A DNA stretch of 64,000 nt, taken from the IMG/VR virus record IMGVR_UViG_3300047560_001157; one strand, 5' to 3'. Within the stretch, counting starts at the first letter, position 1. Each line of letters starts with the position of its first letter. A program made the position numbers and the translations under genes. Below are positions 1-8,274 of this stretch, one piece after another. The notes under the pieces are model-generated. The model was not told where the DNA came from. It did not search any database and saw nothing but the letters and a program-made list of their open reading frames with translations. This DNA comes from an uncultured virus (IMG/VR IMGVR_UViG_3300047560_001157) (taxonomy: Duplodnaviria > Heunggongvirae > Uroviricota > Caudoviricetes).

Positions 1-5
1 CTAAT

Positions 6-428
6 ATGGACCTAAACCGATTAAAACGATTTGACAAAGCAAAACATGAACAACTAGAAGGCTTACTACAGTGGTGTCAATTGATGGGATTGACTGGCAA
101 GGATCTGGTAAGTCTAGGTGGTCATATTGACCGTGCCCAGAAAACTGAGGAAGCCAAGACCAACCGCGCACTTGCCGAAACAGTCAAATTTGACACAGTT
201 GGTGCTGACAAAGAAATGAGCAACAAGTGGAGCCTTAAAAACGCCCACGGTCGTTATACCTTTGAAAGTGGTAGCTGGCAACGTGTGCAGGTAACCAGCA
301 ACAAGACCAAAGTTCGTAAAACCTTCAACTTGAAATATTATGAACTAGGTAGGCTTGGTTGGCGCAACCGTGATAGGTTGATGTGTGCAATAAACATTGC
401 CATGGGCCATATTGTGCTTGATTTTTAA
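6..428 (+). CDS. hypothetical phage protein (140 aa)
   Basis: Open ORF followed directly by a terminator-like hairpin; no recognisable motif. Confidence 0.7.
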   Translation: MDLNRLKRFDKAKHEQLEGLLQWCQLMGLTGKDLVSLGGHIDRAQKTEEAKTNRALAETVKFDTVGADKEMSNKWSLKNAHGRYTFESGSWQRVQVTSNKTKVRKTFNLKYYELGRLGWRNRDRLMCAINIAMGHIVLDF

Positions 429-432
429 GCAG

Positions 433-461
433 AAAAGTGTTGCAGAAATGCAACACTTTTT
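433..461 (+). terminator. intrinsic terminator (possibly bidirectional)
   Basis: Perfect 12-bp stem AAAAGTGTTGCA-GAAA-TGCAACACTTTT starting 5 nt after the stop at 428, with a GAAA loop, a T run 3' and an A run 5'. Confidence 0.75.
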
Positions 462-463
462 GG

Positions 464-492
464 TTGACCGTTTTGGCCCTTTTTGCTACAAT
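464..492 (+). promoter_or_regulatory. sigma70-type early promoter
   Basis: TTGACC (464-469), 17-nt spacer, TACAAT (487-492); SD AAGGAG at 511-516 before ATG 522. Confidence 0.75.
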
Positions 493-521
493 TACTCTAT
501 AGTAATTAAAAAGGAGCTAAA

Positions 522-800
522 ATGCAACACACCTCTGCACCCTCTTGCACTCTGTTTGCAAAAGTAACAGTCAAGCAACACCCTTACAGTCAACAACCCA
601 TTAGCATTTTAATAACTGCCGCAATGTATCCAAATTTTACTGCAAGCAAAGCTCTGTATTTCACAGAACTACCTCTACAAGTAACTACCATTGCCTGTAT
701 TCAAAATGCCATTGCTCGTTTGCAAAAACAAGCCAATGCCGCCGACGTCAGTGTTAAAGTACAACCTAAAGTTTCCAAACACATTGTCGCTGTCGCATAA
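522..800 (+). CDS. small early hypothetical protein (92 aa; no Gly or Trp)
   Basis: Has its own promoter and a strong SD; composition is unusual (see findings). Confidence 0.7.
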   Translation: MQHTSAPSCTLFAKVTVKQHPYSQQPISILITAAMYPNFTASKALYFTELPLQVTTIACIQNAIARLQKQANAADVSVKVQPKVSKHIVAVA

Positions 801-822
801 ACACAACACCTGCAAAAAGCGT

Positions 823-851
823 TTGACGTTAAATGCTTTCTGCAATATACT
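823..851 (+). promoter_or_regulatory. sigma70-type early promoter
   Basis: TTGACG (823-828), 17-nt spacer, TATACT (846-851); SD AGGAG at 887-891 before ATG 898. Confidence 0.75.
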
Positions 852-897
852 AACCCTGTAAACAATTTTTTCACGCTAACTTTTTTAGGAGTAAACA

Positions 898-2019
898 ATG
901 GCGGCACAGACTAGCGAAAATCGCACTATCACCGCAGTTGAGGCACGTAAGAGTATCCTTAGCTGTTTCAAAAATCAACGCCCTATCTTTCTTTGGGGTC
1001 CTCCCGGCATTGGTAAATCCGAACTGGTAGCAAGCATTACCGAAGAGCTCGGTGGCTTTATGATTGACTTGCGACTAGGTCAATGCGAACCCACAGACAT
1101 CCGTGGTATTCCATTCTTTAACAAAGACCTAGGCAAGATGGATTGGGCTCCTCCTATTGATTTGCCTGATGAAGAACTGGCCGGCCAGTATCCAGTGATC
1201 GTTCTATTCTTGGACGAGATGAACTCTGCACCTCCTGCTGTGCAGTCAGCCGCATACCAACTTATCTTGAACCGCCGTGTGGGCAAGTATGTGTTGCCTG
1301 CAAACGTGGTTATGGTTGCCGCTGGTAACCGTGAAAGCGATAAGGGTGTTACCTTCCGTATGCCTACTCCGCTTGCCAACCGTTTTGTTCACCAGGAGTT
1401 GCGTGTGGATCACGGTTCTTGGGAACAATGGGCTGTGAACAATAAAATTCACAAGGACGTGGTTGGTTACATTGGTTTTGCCAAGCAGGACCTGTACGAC
1501 TTTGATCCACGCTCTGCAAGCCGCACCTTTGCTACTCCACGTTCTTGGAGCTTCGTATCACAGTTCTGTGAAGACGAAGGCATCAGCGACGGCGAACTCA
1601 CTAACCTGATTGCAGGTACTGTGGGTGAAGGTATTGCCATCAAGTTTATGGCACACCGTAAGGTTGCAGGCAAGATGCCCAAGCCAGATGACGTGTTGTC
1701 TGGCAAGGTTACTACCTTGGACACCAAGGAAGTGTCAGCTCAGTACTCCTTGGCTGTTAGCCTGTGCTACACCTTGCAAGAACGTTTCATCGCTTGCAAA
1801 GGCGACAAGGCAGAGTTGGACAAATGGCATCCATTTGCTGACAACTTCTTGAAGTACATGATGGACAATTTCAACACTGAGTTGGTGGTTATGGGTTCTC
1901 GTATTGCACTCACTACCTACAACCTGCCGTTGATTCCCAACAAGCTCAAGAACTTCGACGAGTTCCACAAGCGTTTTGGTAAGTACATCTTGGCCGCAAG
2001 TGCTCGCGACAAGAGCTAA
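898..2019 (+). CDS. MoxR-like AAA+ ATPase
   Basis: Walker A GPPGIGKS, Walker B LFLDE, sensor AAGN, arginine finger PLANRF, sensor-2 TPRSW; adjacent to a vWA gene. Confidence 0.88.
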   Translation: MAAQTSENRTITAVEARKSILSCFKNQRPIFLWGPPGIGKSELVASITEELGGFMIDLRLGQCEPTDIRGIPFFNKDLGKMDWAPPIDLPDEELAGQYPVIVLFLDEMNSAPPAVQSAAYQLILNRRVGKYVLPANVVMVAAGNRESDKGVTFRMPTPLANRFVHQELRVDHGSWEQWAVNNKIHKDVVGYIGFAKQDLYDFDPRSASRTFATPRSWSFVSQFCEDEGISDGELTNLIAGTVGEGIAIKFMAHRKVAGKMPKPDDVLSGKVTTLDTKEVSAQYSLAVSLCYTLQERFIACKGDKAELDKWHPFADNFLKYMMDNFNTELVVMGSRIALTTYNLPLIPNKLKNFDEFHKRFGKYILAASARDKS

Positions 2020-2029
2020 ATTGGATAGG

Positions 2030-2065
2030 GCGGGCTTGACCAAAAAGCCCGCTCTGTCTTATAAT
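2030..2065 (+). promoter_or_regulatory. sigma70-type promoter overlapping an inverted repeat
   Basis: TTGACC (2036-2041), 18-nt spacer, TATAAT (2060-2065); inverted repeat GCGGGCTT (2030-2037) / AAGCCCGC (2045-2052); SD AAGGAG before ATG 2089. Confidence 0.65.
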
Positions 2066-2088
2066 GCATATATACACAAGGAGCCACT

Positions 2089-3378
2089 ATGTCAGCCAAA
2101 GATACCACTCTAAACGAAAAAGTTAAGAAGAAAGAACTCCCCAAGATTGAGTTTAATCAAGCTCGCGACAATGCTGTTCGCGAAAAACTGATCACTGCTC
2201 GTATTGCACTCTTGCTCAAGGCTCCTTTCTTTGGTAACCTTGCAACTCGCATGAAGTTGATCAATGCCGACGACTGGTGCCCTACTGCGGCAACCGATGG
2301 TCGCAACTTCTATTACAACACCCTGTTCATTGAAAAACTGCCTGCTAAACAGTTGGAGTTTCTTGTTGGACACGAAGTGCTTCACGCTGTTTACGACCAC
2401 ATGGGTCGTAGAGGCGATCGCGATCCGCAGATTTTTAACGTAGCCAACGACTTTGCTGTTAACGCAGACTTGGTTGATCAAAAGGTTGGTGAACGCATCA
2501 ACGTGGTGCCCATGCTGTACGATCCAAAGTATCGTGGCATGAGCTCTGAAGAGATCTATGACGACTTGATGAAGAACGTCAAGAAGATTAACCTGGACCA
2601 GCTGATTGACCAATTGCTAGACGAGCACTTGGATGGCAACGGCGATGGCGACGGCGATGGAGAGGACGAAGACGGCAACAAGAAAGGTGGCCGTCCGCAA
2701 CTCAGTGAAGAAGAAAAGCAACAGATCCGTGACGAGATTCGCGAAGCTGTACTCAATGCCGCTAACCAAACAGGCGCAGGCAACTTGCCTGCAGGCGTCA
2801 AGCGTCTAATCAAGGACTTGACTGAGCCTGTTATTGACTGGCGCACTCTGCTGGAGCAACAGATCCAGAGCACTATCAAGAGTGACTTTACTTGGATGAA
2901 GCCTAGCCGACGCGGCTGGCACATGGATGCTGTTATGCCTGGTATGTTGCCCGGTACACAGATTGACATCTGTGTTGCTATCGACACTTCAGGTTCAATC
3001 AGCGAACGTGATATCAAGGACTTCATGGCTGAGATCAAAGGCATCATGGAATCCTACGATGAGTACAAGATCCATGTATGGTGCTTTGACACAGACATCT
3101 ACAACCCACAGGTGTTCACCAGTGAAAACCTAAGCGACATTGCAGAGTATCAACCTGCAGGTGGCGGTGGTACTGACTTTATGGCTAACTATCGTTGGAT
3201 GAAAGAAAACGATATCCAGCCCAAGAAGTTTGTTATGTTCACTGACGGTATGCCCTTTGGTGAGTGGGGTGAGGAAGAGTACTGCGATGTATGCTGGATC
3301 ATCAAAGGCAACCCAGGTTGCGAACCACCGTTTGGTGTGTGGGCACACTACGAGGAAGCCGCAAAGGGTAAAAAATGA
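2089..3378 (+). CDS. HEXXH metallopeptidase-like plus C-terminal vWA domain protein (DUF2201-type), MoxR partner
   Basis: TAATDG, HEVLH zincin motif, acidic Gly/Asp linker, MIDAS DTSGS, GGGGTDF and FTDG. Confidence 0.85.
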   Translation: MSAKDTTLNEKVKKKELPKIEFNQARDNAVREKLITARIALLLKAPFFGNLATRMKLINADDWCPTAATDGRNFYYNTLFIEKLPAKQLEFLVGHEVLHAVYDHMGRRGDRDPQIFNVANDFAVNADLVDQKVGERINVVPMLYDPKYRGMSSEEIYDDLMKNVKKINLDQLIDQLLDEHLDGNGDGDGDGEDEDGNKKGGRPQLSEEEKQQIRDEIREAVLNAANQTGAGNLPAGVKRLIKDLTEPVIDWRTLLEQQIQSTIKSDFTWMKPSRRGWHMDAVMPGMLPGTQIDICVAIDTSGSISERDIKDFMAEIKGIMESYDEYKIHVWCFDTDIYNPQVFTSENLSDIAEYQPAGGGGTDFMANYRWMKENDIQPKKFVMFTDGMPFGEWGEEEYCDVCWIIKGNPGCEPPFGVWAHYEEAAKGKK

Positions 3379-3536
3379 ACACTGAAATGAAATGGGCGGC
3401 GCTGATTTTTATGTTTGTGTTTGGCGTGCCAATGGCAGGCATGGCCCTTCACGAATATCATAAAAGTCAGTGCCGGTTGGAAGCAATCAAGGTTGGCTGG
3501 GAAGCTGACCGAATCAATCAAGTGTGCGACAAATGA
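3375..3536 (+). CDS. small membrane protein (53 aa; not in the ORF track)
   Basis: Translated by hand: MNTEMKWAALIFMFVFGVPMAGMALHEYHKSQCRLEAIKVGWEADRINQVCDK*; ATGA overlaps at both ends; one hydrophobic segment. Confidence 0.7.
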   Translation: MNTEMKWAALIFMFVFGVPMAGMALHEYHKSQCRLEAIKVGWEADRINQVCDK

Positions 3537-3802
3537 AAAAAGTTTTTAATTTTATTGCCTGGAAATATCGACAGTATGATATTTGGCAAAAGCTCTGGTT
3601 TTTCTCCTGCTTCTGGCTAGGTGCTTATATCACCGCAGAAAAAGGCAGTACGCATGAGCAGGTGTACCAGTATCTGTTCATTGGATCGTTGGCTGTTGTG
3701 TTCTTCAAATGGTTTATTTGGGACATGGTCAAATCCAGCTGGGATGATTACAACAAAGAACAGGAAAAGATAGTAGACATTTTGCGAGATGGACCAAAAT
3801 AA
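3533..3802 (+). CDS. small membrane protein (two predicted TM segments)
   Basis: ATG 3533 overlaps the previous TGA; hydrophobic stretches LWFFSCFWLGAYI and YLFIGSLAVVFFKWFIW. Confidence 0.7.
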   Translation: MKKVFNFIAWKYRQYDIWQKLWFFSCFWLGAYITAEKGSTHEQVYQYLFIGSLAVVFFKWFIWDMVKSSWDDYNKEQEKIVDILRDGPK

Positions 3803-4031
3803 TGTGCTTGTTGAAGTTACCAAAGGCATGACCATTGTTATTATCATGCTGGTTATCCTTTGGTATGTTATGGCAGATGTTAGGGCCAGTAAACGTCAGC
3901 AGGTGTATTTTGATTGCACTGAATCATTCAAGCCAGACGTTCCGCAAAGAGTCAAAGAAGCTTGTGAGCTAAGAAAACATTATGAACAGGACATGGTAGA
4001 TGCCGCGCCCACGTACAGAAAAGGTCGTTAG
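3789..4031 (+). CDS. small membrane-anchored protein
   Basis: Hydrophobic segment MTIVIIMLVILWYVM; overlaps both neighbours in operon style. Confidence 0.65.
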   Translation: MDQNNVLVEVTKGMTIVIIMLVILWYVMADVRASKRQQVYFDCTESFKPDVPQRVKEACELRKHYEQDMVDAAPTYRKGR

Positions 4032-4197
4032 ATATCAGTATTCCATACTACCAATGGTAGCCAAGGCCAACGAGATCAATGTGAATCCTGTTGAATACTT
4101 GGAAATGATGAATGCACTAGGCGATGCAGGTTTTGAACTGGTCGCTATTCACCACGATTGTTTAATATTCAAAAGATGCTTAGATACAGCGAAGTAA
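4000..4197 (+). CDS. small protein, DUF4177-like
   Basis: YQY...MNALGDAGFELVAI...IFKR resembles the DUF4177 pattern (LN.LG..GWELV...FKR). Confidence 0.55.
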   Translation: MPRPRTEKVVRYQYSILPMVAKANEINVNPVEYLEMMNALGDAGFELVAIHHDCLIFKRCLDTAK

Positions 4198-4469
4198 ATC
4201 CACTAAACGTACACGGACTAAGGCGTACAGAACATCTGCCGCCGCATTTTTGTCAAGTGTGCTTCAACTTGGCCACAGACGAAAGAAACATCGTTGACTG
4301 GGTATACACCCACCTAGAAGGACGTTTCTATTTTGGCGATAAAATGGTTATCAATCCTGATGGTCGAAGAGACATGTGCAAGGTTATTGCATTTGAACGC
4401 CACAGTGAAGCAACCTATTTTGGACTATTTGTTGATCAACTTAACCAGCCCAACGTGATAATCTGGTAA
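4176..4469 (+). CDS. hypothetical phage protein
   Basis: ATG at 4176 (MLRYSEVNP) within the tracked ORF 4158-4469; in operon order. Confidence 0.65.
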   Translation: MLRYSEVNPLNVHGLRRTEHLPPHFCQVCFNLATDERNIVDWVYTHLEGRFYFGDKMVINPDGRRDMCKVIAFERHSEATYFGLFVDQLNQPNVIIW

Positions 4470-4498
4470 AGAAAAAAATCCGAGCTCTCCGCTGCCAG

Positions 4499-4504
4499 TA
4501 AATA
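4499..4504 (+). promoter_or_regulatory. putative gp55-type late promoter (TAAATA)
   Basis: GTAAATA in an intergenic gap about 30 nt before a gene; the same hexamer precedes the structural genes. Confidence 0.5.
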
Positions 4505-4536
4505 AAAGCAGTAGATATTCATTCATGGAGAGACAG

Positions 4537-4791
4537 ATGGAATCCCAACAACCCACCACTAGCAACGAAGAAAAAGGACCAAGCCTAGGTTTACAGGACT
4601 TGGTTATTGTTGCACAAATCATTCAAATTGCCACCAGCAGAAGCGCATGGAAACCAGAGGAATTAAGCACCGTAGGTAATCTCTATGACCGTTTAATTGC
4701 TTTCCTTACTGCCTCGGGTGCCATACAGAAAACAGACCAGCCCGTAGAGTCTGAAACATCACCGGGAACCGAGGAGACAGAAAATGCTTAA
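4537..4791 (+). CDS. hypothetical protein
   Basis: GGAG SD before ATG 4537 (alternative start 4525). Confidence 0.65.
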   Translation: MESQQPTTSNEEKGPSLGLQDLVIVAQIIQIATSRSAWKPEELSTVGNLYDRLIAFLTASGAIQKTDQPVESETSPGTEETENA

Positions 4792-5482
4792 ACATGTTGT
4801 AAAACACAACAACCGCAAAGGTGCTTTGTTGTATAGACAAGTACCTGGCGAAGATCATATGTGCCTATTGGTATACAGCGATCTATTGCCAAGAATGATT
4901 CATGACGAAATCATGAAGGTTCTTGAGAGTCCAGTTGGTCAACAAGCCACTGACCTAGCCGATGCGCTATTCCGCAACATCATGCCAGACGGAACAAATA
5001 CTCTACAAGTATTGCATGTGAATGGTATGATTCAAAAAGTACCAACCAATCAAGTTATTGTACAAGCCAACCCCAAGTCAAGTGTACGTTTAGATGAACT
5101 AAACGAAATCCTTAACGAAATGGCCAAAGGCGAAGAAGCTGTTAGACGTCTAGCTGAACTAGATGCTAAAGTAACAGGTTGGCAACCAGGTGACAAGGAT
5201 CGTCAGGCAGTAAGAGAAAGCCGCAAACCTAAAGCAGTTGAAGGCCGCGAAGTAGGCGTTCCGCCAAATGCAGCCAAGCCAATTGATGTTCCAGCCGTCG
5301 ATGGTGTTTTATCTGACACAGATATTGCCCAGAACCTTTTAGCACAAGCAGATAGAATGAAGCGTGAAGCAGAGTTCATGCTTGCAGAAGTCAAAAGGCT
5401 GACAGAAGAAGCAGCCACACTAACTCCAGCTGTGAAGGTTAAGAAAACAAATGGCACGAAAACCAAAGTCAAGGCGCATTAA
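4784..5482 (+). CDS. hypothetical phage protein (232 aa) with C-terminal coiled coil
   Basis: SD GAGGAG; long ORF in the operon. Confidence 0.75.
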   Translation: MLKHVVKHNNRKGALLYRQVPGEDHMCLLVYSDLLPRMIHDEIMKVLESPVGQQATDLADALFRNIMPDGTNTLQVLHVNGMIQKVPTNQVIVQANPKSSVRLDELNEILNEMAKGEEAVRRLAELDAKVTGWQPGDKDRQAVRESRKPKAVEGREVGVPPNAAKPIDVPAVDGVLSDTDIAQNLLAQADRMKREAEFMLAEVKRLTEEAATLTPAVKVKKTNGTKTKVKAH

Positions 5483-5777
5483 TGTTGATGCGAGAGATCG
5501 TTGGAAACAGATATTAAAAACTGTAAGTAAAGATGAAGTGCCAGTTTCGTTACTTGAAAAAATTCATGTTAATTTAATAGATGGTAGCAAAGTTGAAATT
5601 GATATTTTGCAACTGTTAGATGAGGGTATGCACCCTGATGATATTAAAGATGAACTCAATGACAGATTAAAGAAGATGGACGAGATTATCAAAGACGTTG
5701 ACTTCTTTATCAGCATTGAAACTGTAGCTAAAACGGTACAACCAATTACCGACGATATTCTAAAATCTCTATCATGA
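5451..5777 (+). CDS. hypothetical protein (108 aa)
   Basis: ORF ends in an ATGA overlap with the DHFR start. Confidence 0.7.
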   Translation: MARKPKSRRINVDARDRWKQILKTVSKDEVPVSLLEKIHVNLIDGSKVEIDILQLLDEGMHPDDIKDELNDRLKKMDEIIKDVDFFISIETVAKTVQPITDDILKSLS

Positions 5778-6280
5778 TTCGTAGTATATTTTCCGTGGAT
5801 CAACGCGGTGGCTTAGGCCACCGCGGCAGTCTGCCCTGGGCCAATGACCCTGAGGATATGCAGTGGTTCAAGGAAGCAACAACAGGGCACGTTGTTGTGA
5901 TGGGTCGCAGAACATTTGAAGACCCTAAATTTCCTAAACCATTAAACAACAGAACATGTGTAGTATTCACTAACAAGAAATTTTTACCACATGCCCATGT
6001 TGTCAGTGGAGATCCAATTTCAGTTATTAAAAAGCTATCTGAAGAATACACAAGTAAAGATATCTGGATCATAGGCGGTGCAGAACTGCTGATGCAAACA
6101 AAAGATCTTTGCGACGAAATGTGGATTGCACATCGTAGGGGTGCGTACTATACAGATGTACGTGTAGACATGCACAAATACATGTTAGGCACCCGAATTA
6201 CTAGCTCTTTGCCTAACAAAAGTCGTACAATTAATTGGTGTACATATAAAAACGTAGACATATTCAGACCATACGTATGA
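5774..6280 (+). CDS. frd: dihydrofolate reductase
   Basis: GSLPW...EDMQWFK.ATTG.VVVMGRRTFE, PL.NR and IIGGA motifs; coupled to thymidylate synthase. Confidence 0.93.
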   Translation: MIRSIFSVDQRGGLGHRGSLPWANDPEDMQWFKEATTGHVVVMGRRTFEDPKFPKPLNNRTCVVFTNKKFLPHAHVVSGDPISVIKKLSEEYTSKDIWIIGGAELLMQTKDLCDEMWIAHRRGAYYTDVRVDMHKYMLGTRITSSLPNKSRTINWCTYKNVDIFRPYV

Positions 6281-7188
6281 AAACATATCTAGATGCACTC
6301 CGACAAGTATTAGAAACAGGTACAACTCGTTCTGACAGAACTGGGGTAGGAACCATTGGCTTGTTTGGCATGCAACAAAGATACAATCTCAGCCAAGGCT
6401 TTCCTGCTGTTACTACAAAAAAATTAGCATGGAAAAGTGTGGTCAGCGAGTTGCTGTGGTTCATTGAAGGGTCGGGGGACGAAAAACGCCTACGAGAGAT
6501 ACTACATGGTAGTAGGGATTCCAGTAAGGACACCATCTGGTCTGCAAATGCCACAGCATCCTATTGGAAACCAAAGGCCAAGTACGAAGGAGATCTAGGG
6601 CGTGTGTACGGTGTACAATGGCGTCACTGGCGTACCCCAGCTGAACAACGTGGCGGAAGTTTTACAAATGACTTTGGTCACACATACAGTGTACAAGGCG
6701 GCGTTACTATTACAGAAGTCGATCAGTTAAAGTCACTGATTGAGGGAATCAAAGCAGACCCATACGGACGAAGACATATATTAACAGCGTGGAACCCAGG
6801 CGAATTAGAAGCCATGGCTCTGCCACCGTGTCATTGCTTTGCTCAGTTTTACGTAGCTGAGGGCCGACTAAGTTGCCAAATGTATCAAAGAAGTTGCGAC
6901 ATGTTTTTAGGTGTCCCCTTTAATATCGCAAGCTACTCCCTTTTAACGGCGATGATAGCTCAAGTGTGCGGCCTAGCGGTCGGTGAGTTTGTTCATGTAC
7001 TCGGCGATGCACACATCTACCTAAACCATGTTGAACAGGTAAAAGAACAACTGTCACGTGAACCATTGCCTGCGCCAACTCTTTGGTTGAATCCAGACAT
7101 AACAGATATCACTCGTTTTACCATGGATGATATTCGTTTGGACAATTATCAAAGTCACGGCGCTATTGCTGCCGCAATGGCAGTATGA
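6277..7188 (+). CDS. thyA: thymidylate synthase
   Basis: DRTGVGT, ELLWF, YGVQWR, catalytic LPPCH, YQRSCD, PFNIASY and GDAHIY. Confidence 0.96.
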   Translation: MKTYLDALRQVLETGTTRSDRTGVGTIGLFGMQQRYNLSQGFPAVTTKKLAWKSVVSELLWFIEGSGDEKRLREILHGSRDSSKDTIWSANATASYWKPKAKYEGDLGRVYGVQWRHWRTPAEQRGGSFTNDFGHTYSVQGGVTITEVDQLKSLIEGIKADPYGRRHILTAWNPGELEAMALPPCHCFAQFYVAEGRLSCQMYQRSCDMFLGVPFNIASYSLLTAMIAQVCGLAVGEFVHVLGDAHIYLNHVEQVKEQLSREPLPAPTLWLNPDITDITRFTMDDIRLDNYQSHGAIAAAMAV

Positions 7189-8039
7189 CACCAATTGTAA
7201 TTTACTATCACCTTAATGACATACCTGGCTGGGAGAATGTGTTCAATTCACAATTCTCCAAAGCACAGGACAGCAGGTTAATCGAATCCGCTGACAAGAT
7301 TTATTTTTGTTTCAATGGCAAAACAATACCCAACTTGTTATTAGCCACAGCCAATGCTTATCCAAATATAAAGATTGTGCATGTGAGTGATTCCTACGAT
7401 ACCTGGGAATATCCAACTCTGGATTTCCTTTATCAAAATACACACGCACCCCAAGACGATCATTATATCTTTTATTTTCACCTCAAGGGCTTGACTCGAC
7501 AAAACAATACTGCTATACTAGACTGGCGTGAAGTAATGGATTATGGCAACATAGAATGCTGGAGAGCCGCAGTCGCAGAACTAGACAAAGGTTTTGATGT
7601 TTGCGGAGTAAACTGGATACGTGGAGTCAGCATCCAGACTGAGCGAAAGATAGTTGATGACGATGGAGTTGTGTTAGGATCTCAAATTATTGACAGCCAG
7701 AAAAAAAGCCAAAATCATTTCAATGGAAACTTTTGGTGGGCACGTTCTGAATACATAAAAACTTTAGATAGATTGCCCAACCCTGCAACAATTAAATTTG
7801 GTGATGTCAGTCCGTTTTCTAATGCAGAATACCATGAGCACGACAATCACTGGAGAATGGATCACGAGTACTGGCTAGGCAGTGGCAAGCCTCAATGGAG
7901 TTCGCTAGTCAACACTCCTGCACATTTTCAATTGGATGGAGGATGGCACAGTAAGAATCTTTATCCCAGAGAAAGATATGCTGATCAACTTCTAAGCATA
8001 GTAAACAGCAGTATGGGTGTTAATGCAAAATCAAAATAA
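7185..8039 (+). CDS. hypothetical protein, possibly glycosyltransferase-like
   Basis: EYPTL, YFHLKG and HFNGNFWWA motifs; lies just before the nucleotide-sugar genes. Function is inferred from context only. Confidence 0.45.
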   Translation: MTPIVIYYHLNDIPGWENVFNSQFSKAQDSRLIESADKIYFCFNGKTIPNLLLATANAYPNIKIVHVSDSYDTWEYPTLDFLYQNTHAPQDDHYIFYFHLKGLTRQNNTAILDWREVMDYGNIECWRAAVAELDKGFDVCGVNWIRGVSIQTERKIVDDDGVVLGSQIIDSQKKSQNHFNGNFWWARSEYIKTLDRLPNPATIKFGDVSPFSNAEYHEHDNHWRMDHEYWLGSGKPQWSSLVNTPAHFQLDGGWHSKNLYPRERYADQLLSIVNSSMGVNAKSK

Positions 8040-8274
8040 AAGAATAATTTTTAGAGAATTTTTCATGGGCGATGTAGAGGATCCAGAACTCTATGCGGCC
8101 GCGCCTATTCTAGACTGGGAAAAGAGCGAACAAGGTCAGTGGGTAATGACACACGCAGTAGAGCAGCCAGAGTTTAGAATTGTACCATCAATGGAAACAT
8201 ATGGTTGGAAAGTAACCATATATGGCAAACTAAGCGAGCAAGATGAAATAATATTTAGGTTGAAATACACATGA
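8023..8274 (+). CDS. small hypothetical phage protein
   Basis: ATG 8023; ATGA overlap with the epimerase start. Confidence 0.65.
   Translation: MQNQNKRIIFREFFMGDVEDPELYAAAPILDWEKSEQGQWVMTHAVEQPEFRIVPSMETYGWKVTIYGKLSEQDEIIFRLKYT

Noticed and set aside
2630..2680. GGCGAT/GGCGAC short tandem repeats as a phase-variable tract
   Set aside because: An imperfect, in-frame repeat encoding the Gly/Asp linker usual for this protein family.
6277..7188. ThyA homologue acting as dCMP hydroxymethylase for glycosylated DNA
   Set aside because: It keeps the dUMP-specifying Asn (PFNIASY) and all canonical motifs and is paired with DHFR, which fits ordinary dTMP synthesis.
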